A stretch of 64,000 nt of DNA, taken from an uncultured Oscillospiraceae bacterium. GTDB lineage: Bacteria; Bacillota; Clostridia; Oscillospirales; QAMX01. Location: NCBI GenBank assembly GCA_964515055.1, contig CAZEUG010000001.1, positions 122,732-186,731 on the forward strand. Reading direction: 5' to 3'. Numbering within the stretch: position 1 is the first letter of the stretch; each line of letters opens with the position of its first letter. The translations under genes and the position numbers were made by a program. The notes beneath the pieces are model-generated. The model was not told where the DNA came from. It saw only the letters and a program-made list of their open reading frames with translations, and searched no databases. Of this stretch, positions 38,077 to 49,739 are shown piece after piece.

Positions 38077-38967
38077 ATGCCGCAGGGAAAAATCATCAAA
38101 ACTGCAAGCACCTTGTATACCGTTCGTCCCTCCGACGGCGCACCGGATTGCCCGTGCAGACCGCGTGGCCGCTTTCGAAAAACGGGCATGGTACCGCTGG
38201 CCGGTGACGAAGTCCTGTTCGAACCGCGTGCAGACGGCATCGGCGTCCTGACGGACATTCTGCCGCGCCGCAATTCTTTGGTGCGGCCGCCGGTGGCCAA
38301 CGTTGACCGGTTGATTCTGGTTGTCTCGGAGGCACCGCCGGTGACCAGCCGGCTCATGATTGACTCCCTGACGGCGCTGGCTGCCTTCAAACAGATGGAA
38401 GCGCTGATCTGCGTAAATAAGACCGACCTGTCTGACGGCAAATCGCTGATTGAGCTGTACACATCGCTCGGATATCGGGTGCTCCCGCTGAGCGCGGCCG
38501 ATGGCTCCGGCTTCGAAGCGCTTCGTGACTGTCTTCGCGGCGCGTTCTGCGTCCTGACGGGGAATTCCGGCGTCGGAAAATCCAGCATCATAAACCGCCT
38601 GTACCCTGATTTCGGTGCGCGAACCGGCGACCTGAGCGAACGGATTGGCCGAGGCAAACAGACGACACGCCATGTGGAGCTGGTTGCCACGGAAGATGGC
38701 GGCTACCTCGCGGATACACCCGGCTACTCCAGCTTTGACGCCGTCGAGATGGAGATGACCGACGCGGCACGCCTGCCGTATTGCTTCCCCGAATTCGCCG
38801 ACTATCTGGGTCAGTGCCGGTATTCCGACTGCTCCCACGTCCGCGATGACGGTTGCGCGATTCGCCAGGCTGTCGCGGAAGGTAAAATCGCAGCCTCCCG
38901 CCATGAGAGCTTTGTCCGACTCTATGAGTGCGTCAAAGATCTCCACAGCTGGCCGTCACGATCATAG
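38077..38967 (+). CDS. rsgA: Ribosome small-subunit-dependent GTPase A
   Basis: 296 aa. Circularly permuted GTPase (CVNKTDL then GNSGVGKSS) and a C-terminal zinc knuckle (CRYSDCSHVRDDGCA). Confidence 0.9.
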   Translation: MPQGKIIKTASTLYTVRPSDGAPDCPCRPRGRFRKTGMVPLAGDEVLFEPRADGIGVLTDILPRRNSLVRPPVANVDRLILVVSEAPPVTSRLMIDSLTALAAFKQMEALICVNKTDLSDGKSLIELYTSLGYRVLPLSAADGSGFEALRDCLRGAFCVLTGNSGVGKSSIINRLYPDFGARTGDLSERIGRGKQTTRHVELVATEDGGYLADTPGYSSFDAVEMEMTDAARLPYCFPEFADYLGQCRYSDCSHVRDDGCAIRQAVAEGKIAASRHESFVRLYECVKDLHSWPSRS

Positions 38968-38981
38968 CTCTCAACCAAAGC

Positions 38982-39022
38982 AATGCCCCGGAATGACCAA
39001 GGTCATTCCGGGGCATTTTTTT
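38982..39022 (+). terminator. Rho-independent terminator between convergent rsgA and the GH2 gene
   Basis: 17-bp perfect stem AATGCCCCGGAATGACC / GGTCATTCCGGGGCATT with a 2-nt loop, followed by TTTTT. Confidence 0.82.
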
Positions 39023-39034
39023 ATGTCACGATGC

Positions 39035-42911
<3,877 letters not shown>

Positions 42912-42929
42912 ACAGCCACCCCTCCGTGC

Positions 42930-43757
42930 TTACAGACCAATGCTGCGCAGATAGTGCAGGCTCTGCTCAGCTGCACCCCATGCGTCTCCATAGCAGTCAT
43001 CCTGTTCAACGATGAATGCGCCGCAGCCGGAGGCCACACCGGCACGAATGATGGCGGGGATATCCTGAATGCCCTGGCCGACCGGACGGAAGGCAAACGT
43101 CTTGACCTCGGCTTCCTCGGCTGCAACGGCTTTGCCGTCTTTGTCGATCAGCGCATAGGCCGGCTTTTCGTTCTTGTGGCCGACAAAGTCCTTCAGGTGA
43201 ATCACCGGCGTCCGGCCTTTGTAGGCGTTGATGTACTTGACCGGGTCATATCCGGCATATTTGACCCAGCAGGTGTCAAATTCCGGCATCAGATCGGGGA
43301 TATCCTGATACAGCTTGTCGATGGCCAGCGTGCCGTCTTCCAGCGCGTTGAATTCAAAATCATGGTTGTGGTACAGCATCTGAATGCCAACGGCCTTCAG
43401 AGCGGCGGCGGATTTTTCAATCAGCTGCCGTGTTGCTTCGTACTGCTCACCGCCCGGGCAGCGTTCGGCTGCCATCCAGGGAATGGCGACAAACGGCAGA
43501 CCAAGCGCCTGGTGATACGCGACAGCATCTTCCACAGAGTTTTCGAAGTTGTCCAGCGAATAGTGGGTGGAGATGATGTCCAGCCCCAGCTCTGCACAGA
43601 TGCGCTTCAGCTCATCCGCCGCAATTCCGTTGTAGCCGGCGAATTCCACTGCATCATAGCCGAGACGTTTGACGCCTTCGAGCGTGCCGGGCAGATCCTT
43701 GTCGCCAAATTCGCGGAGCGTATACATTTGAATCCCGATTTTAATTTTTTCTGACAT
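42930..43757 (-). CDS. Xylose-isomerase-like TIM-barrel protein (sugar phosphate isomerase/epimerase family), copy 2
   Basis: 275 aa. MYTLREF, GYDAVEFAG, HNHDFEF, IHLKDF and IVEQD motifs are typical of the family. Confidence 0.8.
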   Translation of the reverse strand: MSEKIKIGIQMYTLREFGDKDLPGTLEGVKRLGYDAVEFAGYNGIAADELKRICAELGLDIISTHYSLDNFENSVEDAVAYHQALGLPFVAIPWMAAERCPGGEQYEATRQLIEKSAAALKAVGIQMLYHNHDFEFNALEDGTLAIDKLYQDIPDLMPEFDTCWVKYAGYDPVKYINAYKGRTPVIHLKDFVGHKNEKPAYALIDKDGKAVAAEEAEVKTFAFRPVGQGIQDIPAIIRAGVASGCGAFIVEQDDCYGDAWGAAEQSLHYLRSIGL

Positions 43758-43862
43758 GAAAAAACCTCCTGAAAGAATAAAAATGATACAGGGGCACGGA
43801 TCCCACGGAGGGCCTCAACCGTCCGTGGAGATCCGTACCGCCGTGAAAGGGAACGTTGCAGG

Positions 43863-46800
43863 TTAGAAGGAAATCCGGAACGTTTTGATTTCGTAGGGCG
43901 TGAAGCTGAAGCGGAGCGTGGAACCATCGAAATCGGCCGGAGCCGGATTCTCTTCCACCAAATCTACTTCAAAGGCAGATTGCAGGGTGCGGAGGAACGA
44001 CAGCGAGGCATTCCCGCGGTTCCCGTGGCATTCGTAGAGACGCACAATCACGCCACAGCCATCCTCTGCACGCTTCACCGTATCGACAATGATGTTGTCG
44101 TTGTCGACGGAGAGGAACGCCTGATTGTTCAGGGCTTTGGCCGTATCCACGTTCAACGGCAGCACCTGCACGGCGTTGTTGAATTCGTGACCTCTGCGGG
44201 CGGAATGCGCCGTGCGCCAGTCGCCGGTGTGCGGGTAGATGGCGTAATTGATCTCGTGAACGCCGTAGTCGGCCAGCTCATCCGGATGCGTGGTGCCGCG
44301 GAGCAGGGAAATTCCGATCGTGTTGTCAACGCAGTCGTGTGCATATTTGCAGTCATTCAGGACAGATACACCGTAATCGCCTTCGGAGAGATCGACAAAC
44401 TTGTGCGCGCAGACCTCGAAGCGGGAATGGTCAAACGACGTGTTGGCGATGGTCGGCCGCATGAAGGTACCAAAGCCGACTTCGCAGGCAACCGACTGGC
44501 TCCGGACGTTGGTCGGGAAGTAAACGCGCATGATGGTATGGCGGATTTTCCAGTCGATCGTTGTCTTAAAGTCGATGACCGGGGAGCTTGCATAGACGAT
44601 GATGTCCTGCGAAATCGAGCAGTTTTCAATTGCCTTCTCCACATGGACGACGGCGCGGAACGGGCTGTTTTCAGTCAGCTTCAGAGTGACGTTCCAGTCA
44701 CAGTCAACCGGACGGTTCTTGTAAATGTCGTAGAGGTTCCACGCATCCTCACCCTGCGGGCCGTCGCGGAAGAGGCGAATGTCGTTCGCCGGGGCGCGCA
44801 GTGCTTCGCGGTTGGCCTGCTTGTCAAAAATACGGGAAACGAGGCCGAGCGGCGTCACGGTGACGATGTTCTGTGCGGTTTCCAGCGTGATGGCACCGTC
44901 CGCTTCTGTGACAACGGCGCAGGAGCCCTTGGCCGGTTCAGCCTTGCCAAAGGTGAAAAGCTTCATGCCGAACGGCGGAAGCGCCTTCGCTTCGAACACG
45001 ACGCGCTTCTGGTTGTTGTCTGCCGCGCTGATCACGCAGGGAACGGCCTGACCGCAGTCGTCCAGCAGCGTTTCGCCATCCTGAATGGAATCGGCGGCGC
45101 AGGTGAATTCGCAGACGGCGTCCCGTGTCCAGGAGAGGAAGTTGCAGGCGGCATATGCACCGTGACCGGCAGACGCGGTCAGCGCTTCGTGGAAACGGTG
45201 CAGCAGGTCAAAGACCTTGGCATAGCCCTCAACGCAGTCCTCGGCATAGACGGCATGAATCGAGCTGCCCGGCAGGACATCGTGGAACTGGAGCAGCAGA
45301 ATTTCCTTCCAGCCCTCATGCAGCAGCGACCAGTCGGGCTTCAAGCCGAGCAGCTCTGCATACACGCCGAGCTTTTCAGCATTCTGATACATGATCTCCG
45401 CCATGCGGTTGGCACGCTTGTTTTTGCCCTCGGAGGTCATGGTACCGCGGTGTGTTTCAATGTACAGCTCACCGAACCAGATCGGCAGCTCATCGCGTCT
45501 TTCGTTCAGACGTTCAAAATAGCTGTCGGCGCGCTCCATCCGGGTTCTCGGCAGACCCGGGAAATCGGCCAGACGCCGGGCGGATTCGATCATTTCGCGG
45601 GTCGGGCCGCCGCCGCCATCCCCAAAGCCATACGGGAAGATAACATCGTCGAACTGGCCGTTCTGCAGGTTCCGGTCTTTTGCAATGCGCAGCTCCGAAG
45701 GCGTCGGATCGCCGTTGTAGCAGCCCGGGTTGTTGGCAATCGAAGCGACCACTTCGCTGCCGTCCAGCCCCTGCCAGCGGCACATACCGTACGGGAAGCG
45801 GTTCTGATGCTGCCAATGCAGCTTATAGGTGTAGAAATAGTCGGTGCCGCTCTTTTTCAGAATCTGCGGCATATTGGCCTGGAAGCCGAAGGTGTCCGGC
45901 AGCCATGCAACACGGCTGCGGGTTCCAAACTCCTCCTCCGAGAAGCGGACGCCGTACAGTACCTGACGGACGAGCGATTCACCGCTGACGACGTTGCAGT
46001 CGGATTCGACCCACATCGGGCCGACGATCTCCCAACGGCCTTCCTTGACGCGTTCCTTGATCTGCGCATAGACCTCCGGATAATACTTCTTGGTGTAGTC
46101 CATCAGCTGCAGCTGGCTGCAGGAGAACGTGAAATCCGGAAATTCGTCCATCAGACGGAGGACGTTCGGGAAGGTGTGACCGCACTTGCGAACGGTATCC
46201 TTGAACTGCCAGAGCCATGCAACGTCAATGTGCGTGTGGCCGATGAAATTGACCCAGCCGCGGACGTCGCCATCATCAATGGCGGCCAGCTCGGTTCTCA
46301 GAACGTCAGCAGCCTTGCGAACAGACGCGTGCAGCACTTCGCCGGAGGCATCCACATCCAGATCCCGGATGGAATCCTCGATCGCCTGATTCACGCGCAC
46401 ACGGATGTGCGTGTTTTCCAACTGACGGTCGCGATCCTCCATCATGTGGAAATCAACGGCAATCTTGTAGGAATAGTAGTAGTTTTCAACAACCTTGTCC
46501 ACCCGCTCAACGCCGATGGCGTTGATGAAGCCGCGATCGTGGCCAAAGCTCAGAATTTCCAGCGAGAGCGTCTGACCGGCCCATTCAGCGCGCAGCGGAA
46601 TGCGGGTGCGGTTCCGGTCGTGTCCCTGATAATGTTCACCGTTGATGAGGACCTGTCCTTCCCGTTCGGGGATGGAAACACAGAGATAGTCTTCATACTC
46701 TTCGTTTGCAGCCAGGTTTTCGGGGATGGCAACGGAGCCCTTGATAAACACGGTGCCGGACGAAAGAACAGTATCTTCCATAACGGGCTGCCAGTCGCTG

Positions 46801-46928
46801 GTAAGCTCATACTGGGCTTCGCCTGTATGATTGGCGGTGGCGTAAACCAGGTTGGTCGCCGGGCAGAATGCCACGCGAATTTTGCTGCGCAGGGCATCCT
46901 GAATGCCGTAAATCATCTGATTGTCCAT
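43863..46928 (-). CDS. GH38 alpha-mannosidase
   Basis: ORF 43863..47174. ATG 46928 (GGAGGA SD, downstream of the predicted promoter) gives 1021 aa. GHTHIDVAWLW metal site, WLPDTFG nucleophile region, ETHRGT. Confidence 0.88.
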   Translation of the reverse strand: MDNQMIYGIQDALRSKIRVAFCPATNLVYATANHTGEAQYELTSDWQPVMEDTVLSSGTVFIKGSVAIPENLAANEEYEDYLCVSIPEREGQVLINGEHYQGHDRNRTRIPLRAEWAGQTLSLEILSFGHDRGFINAIGVERVDKVVENYYYSYKIAVDFHMMEDRDRQLENTHIRVRVNQAIEDSIRDLDVDASGEVLHASVRKAADVLRTELAAIDDGDVRGWVNFIGHTHIDVAWLWQFKDTVRKCGHTFPNVLRLMDEFPDFTFSCSQLQLMDYTKKYYPEVYAQIKERVKEGRWEIVGPMWVESDCNVVSGESLVRQVLYGVRFSEEEFGTRSRVAWLPDTFGFQANMPQILKKSGTDYFYTYKLHWQHQNRFPYGMCRWQGLDGSEVVASIANNPGCYNGDPTPSELRIAKDRNLQNGQFDDVIFPYGFGDGGGGPTREMIESARRLADFPGLPRTRMERADSYFERLNERRDELPIWFGELYIETHRGTMTSEGKNKRANRMAEIMYQNAEKLGVYAELLGLKPDWSLLHEGWKEILLLQFHDVLPGSSIHAVYAEDCVEGYAKVFDLLHRFHEALTASAGHGAYAACNFLSWTRDAVCEFTCAADSIQDGETLLDDCGQAVPCVISAADNNQKRVVFEAKALPPFGMKLFTFGKAEPAKGSCAVVTEADGAITLETAQNIVTVTPLGLVSRIFDKQANREALRAPANDIRLFRDGPQGEDAWNLYDIYKNRPVDCDWNVTLKLTENSPFRAVVHVEKAIENCSISQDIIVYASSPVIDFKTTIDWKIRHTIMRVYFPTNVRSQSVACEVGFGTFMRPTIANTSFDHSRFEVCAHKFVDLSEGDYGVSVLNDCKYAHDCVDNTIGISLLRGTTHPDELADYGVHEINYAIYPHTGDWRTAHSARRGHEFNNAVQVLPLNVDTAKALNNQAFLSVDNDNIIVDTVKRAEDGCGVIVRLYECHGNRGNASLSFLRTLQSAFEVDLVEENPAPADFDGSTLRFSFTPYEIKTFRISF

Positions 46929-46994
46929 AAGTGGGAATCCTCCAGATTCAGTAAAGAGTGACAGCGTGAATCGCTCACATCTGTATACAATATG

Positions 46995-47023
46995 ATTATA
47001 CCTGTTTGCGCCCTGAAAAGCAA
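46995..47023 (-). promoter_or_regulatory. sigma70-type promoter of the GH38 gene (TTGCTT-17-TATAAT)
   Basis: Minus strand reads TTGCTT (47023-47018), a 17-nt spacer, then TATAAT (47000-46995). Confidence 0.55.
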
Positions 47024-47030
47024 GATGCGC

Positions 47031-47046
47031 CGAAAAATATTTTTCG
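47031..47046. promoter_or_regulatory. 16-bp perfect palindrome CGAAAAATATTTTTCG between divergent promoters (operator candidate)
   Basis: Read directly. It lies between the -35 of the GH38 promoter (47018-47023) and the -35 of the plus-strand promoter (47054-47059). An overlapping pair, GCCGAAA (47029-35) / TTTCGGC (47047-53), extends the symmetry. Confidence 0.4.
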
Positions 47047-47053
47047 TTTCGGC

Positions 47054-47082
47054 TGGAAAAAACACGCCCTGTATGGTATAAT
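47054..47082 (+). promoter_or_regulatory. Promoter of the SIS-HAD / PfkB operon (TGGAAA-17-TATAAT, TG-extended)
   Basis: TATAAT at 47077-47082 preceded by TGG. The -35 element TGGAAA at 47054-47059 is weak. Confidence 0.45.
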
Positions 47083-47180
47083 GTTTTCGGTGCAAAAAAA
47101 CTGCGCCTTTTTGTGGAGCCTGATTTCCTGAATGAAACAGTCTCCGAAAAATCCGGAATCAAAGGAGACTGCATTCACAC

Positions 47181-48527
47181 ATGAGTATATCCAACGCCGC
47201 AACCGGCGAGATCAAAAACTATTGGCTCGGCCTTCAGGCCACATGGACAGAATCGACAGAACAGGCGCTGGCCGACATGGCGGAGCTTCTACTGGCGGCA
47301 CATCAGCACGGTGCCACGGTATGGACAGCCGGCAGCGCCGCTTCGGACATGACGGAGAGCCTGCTGCGTCACTGCGCCGTACTGGGTCGTGCGGGCGTTG
47401 CGTCGGTTTGCCTGCCGGCCTGCCCGAATGTGCGCATGAATACGCTGAAGGCCGCGGCGCACCGCGGTGACGTCCTGTGCATCTTCGCAGAAGACGGCGC
47501 GTGTGATTCGGCTGTCAGCCTGGCGGAATATGCAAAGGCCAACGGTCTGCAGGTGATCGGCTTCCTCAGTGGGGACGGCGACCGCCTGCTCCCGCTCTGC
47601 GAGTGCGCCGTCTGCTTCTCCGCTTCGAATGCGCAGAGCGTTCGCGACCTGCATCGGATTGGCATTCACGCCGTCACAGCATCGCTGGCCGAACAGCTGA
47701 AGGATGCCTGGGGCATGGAAGTGATCTTCCCGCCGGTTCCCGGCCGTGTCTTCCAGTTTGCACTGTTCGACTTTGACGGAACGCTTTCGCTGATTCGCGA
47801 GGGCTGGCAGAAGGTCATGATTCCCTATTTCTGCGAAGAAATCTTCAAGACGCCAGTGGGCAAAACCGAGGATCCGCAGGCGGTGGAAGCTTGCGTGACG
47901 GAATTTGTCGACCTGTTGACCGGCAAACAAACCATATATCAATGCATCCGTCTGGCGGAGGAAGTGGAAAAACGCGGCGGTACGCCGGAGGATCCGATGG
48001 CGTATAAGACGGAGTACCTGCGCCGCCTGATGGAGAAAATCAAGGATCGGCGGGAGGGCCTGGCCAACGGCAGCATCGATCCGGAATCCCTGCTCGTCCG
48101 CGGAACGGTTCCGCTGCTGGAAGCTCTGAAGCGCGCCGGTGTGACGCTGTACCTGGCCTCCGGCACCGATCAGCCGCAGGTGCGTGAGGAAGCGGCGCTG
48201 CTGGGACTGGACAAATATTTTGACGGGAATATTTACGGCGCATTGGACGAACATGTCACCTCCTGCACCAAAGAGCTGGTCATCAAACGCCTGCTCGCAG
48301 AAAACAACCTCGACGGGACGGAGCTGCTCAGCTTCGGCGATGGCTTTGTGGAAATTGAACTCGTCTCCAACCTTGGCGGCTATCCGGTTGCTGTTGCTAC
48401 CGATGAATCCCGGAAAATGGGCATCGATCAGTGGAAACGCGACCGCCTCGTGAAGGCTGGTGCCGGTACGGTCATTCCGGACTTTGAATGTGCGGAACGG
48501 CTGGTGAACTTTATTCTTGGCCGCTGA
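47181..48527 (+). CDS. Fusion protein: N-terminal GmhA/DiaA-like SIS domain with degenerate motifs plus C-terminal capped HAD-family phosphatase
   Basis: 448 aa. Residues 1 to about 178 show a SIS_2-like pattern (HGATVWTAGSAASD; GDVLCIFAEDGACDSAVSLAEYAKANGLQVIGF). HAD motif I is DFDGT at aa 197-201, followed by ASGT and GDG motifs. Confidence 0.7.
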   Translation: MSISNAATGEIKNYWLGLQATWTESTEQALADMAELLLAAHQHGATVWTAGSAASDMTESLLRHCAVLGRAGVASVCLPACPNVRMNTLKAAAHRGDVLCIFAEDGACDSAVSLAEYAKANGLQVIGFLSGDGDRLLPLCECAVCFSASNAQSVRDLHRIGIHAVTASLAEQLKDAWGMEVIFPPVPGRVFQFALFDFDGTLSLIREGWQKVMIPYFCEEIFKTPVGKTEDPQAVEACVTEFVDLLTGKQTIYQCIRLAEEVEKRGGTPEDPMAYKTEYLRRLMEKIKDRREGLANGSIDPESLLVRGTVPLLEALKRAGVTLYLASGTDQPQVREEAALLGLDKYFDGNIYGALDEHVTSCTKELVIKRLLAENNLDGTELLSFGDGFVEIELVSNLGGYPVAVATDESRKMGIDQWKRDRLVKAGAGTVIPDFECAERLVNFILGR

Positions 48528-48565
48528 GAGACCAGTCGGCAGACACACAAACAGGAGGAAACCAT

Positions 48566-49591
48566 ATGAATCTGCAGCGTCTTGAAGAACTGATGGCGCG
48601 TGCCAGTCAGGCGAAAATCACAGTTGTCGGCGATTTCTGCCTGGACAAATATCTGTATATCGATCCGAAGCTGGATGAACCGTCCCTGGAAACCGGAAAA
48701 ACCGCCTATCAGGTCATCGGCAAGGGAATTTACGCGGGCGGCGCGGGCAACGTTGCCTCCAATCTGCGCGGCCTCACGGCACAGGTGCAGTGCGTCGGCA
48801 TTGTCGGCGATGACGGCGAAGGCTATGAGCTGCTCAACGTCCTGAACCGGATGGGTGCGGACACCACGGGCATGATTCGCGACCCGAACCGCTGCACCTC
48901 GACCTACACCAAACCGATGTACGGCGAGCCGGGCAGCTATGAAGAGCTGAACCGCCTCGATTTCAAAAATTTCAAACCCATGGACAAGGACATCGAAGCA
49001 CAGGTCATTGCCAATATGCGCGCCTGTGCGGCCACCTCGGACGCACTCCTGGTGCTGGATCAGTTCGTTGAGCCCGATTGCGGCGTCATCAATTCCGCCG
49101 TCCGACAGGCTGTCTTTGAGCTGGCGGCGGAGCGCCCGGAGCTTGTGATCTACGCGGATTCCCGCGCCTTTATCCACCTCTTCTCCGGCGTCATCGTCAA
49201 GTGCAACAACTTTGAAGTGGTGCGCTCCATCGACCCGAACTATGAGGGCGAGCCGGACGGAGACACGGTGTTTGACTGCGGCCGGAAGCTGTACGCCAAG
49301 AACGACCGCCCGGTCTTCGTGACCCGCGGCAAGGACGGCATCATGGTCTTTGACGCGGAGGGCGTCCACTCGGCGTCGGCGCTGAATGTTCCGGGACCGT
49401 TCGACATCTGCGGCGCCGGAGATTCTGCGGCCTCCGGCATCGTGCTGGCGCTGTCACTCGGCGCAGCGCCGGAGGACGCTGCCGTTCTCGGCAATGTCGT
49501 CGCCTCCATCACCATCCAGCAAATCGGCGTGACCGGTTTTGCAACGCCGGAACAGGTACTCCGGCGGTATCGCGAATATTTCGGCGCATAA
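48566..49591 (+). CDS. PfkB-family carbohydrate kinase, HldE/RfaE kinase-domain-like (no nucleotidyltransferase half)
   Basis: ORF 48488..49591. ATG 48566 with AGGAGGAA SD gives 341 aa. ITVVGDFCLDKYLYIDP...GGAGNVASNL N-terminus and the DICGAGDS anion-hole motif. Confidence 0.8.
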   Translation: MNLQRLEELMARASQAKITVVGDFCLDKYLYIDPKLDEPSLETGKTAYQVIGKGIYAGGAGNVASNLRGLTAQVQCVGIVGDDGEGYELLNVLNRMGADTTGMIRDPNRCTSTYTKPMYGEPGSYEELNRLDFKNFKPMDKDIEAQVIANMRACAATSDALLVLDQFVEPDCGVINSAVRQAVFELAAERPELVIYADSRAFIHLFSGVIVKCNNFEVVRSIDPNYEGEPDGDTVFDCGRKLYAKNDRPVFVTRGKDGIMVFDAEGVHSASALNVPGPFDICGAGDSAASGIVLALSLGAAPEDAAVLGNVVASITIQQIGVTGFATPEQVLRRYREYFGA

Positions 49592-49595
49592 CCTC

Positions 49596-49624
49596 TTGAC
49601 AAAACCGAAGGAAACGCATATAAT
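49596..49624 (+). promoter_or_regulatory. Perfect-consensus sigma70 promoter (TTGACA-17-TATAAT) of the glp-like operon
   Basis: TTGACA at 49596-49601, a 17-nt spacer, then TATAAT at 49619-49624. Confidence 0.65.
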
Positions 49625-49656
49625 AAGACAAACGAAATAAATTGCGGCAGAGTTTT

Positions 49657-49712
49657 GAGAACGCACAAAGGCCGGTTCCAGAGTGGAATGGGCTTTTGGG
49701 CGTTCTTTTTTT
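49657..49712 (+). terminator. Intrinsic terminator inside the 5' leader of the glp-like operon (attenuator)
   Basis: GAGAACGCACAAAGGCC (49657-49673) pairs with GGCTTTTGGGCGTTCT (49691-49706), followed by a 7-T run to 49712. It lies between the promoter and ATG 49740. Confidence 0.6.
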
Positions 49713-49739
49713 GTGCAACTGCCGTTGGAGGGGCATTTG

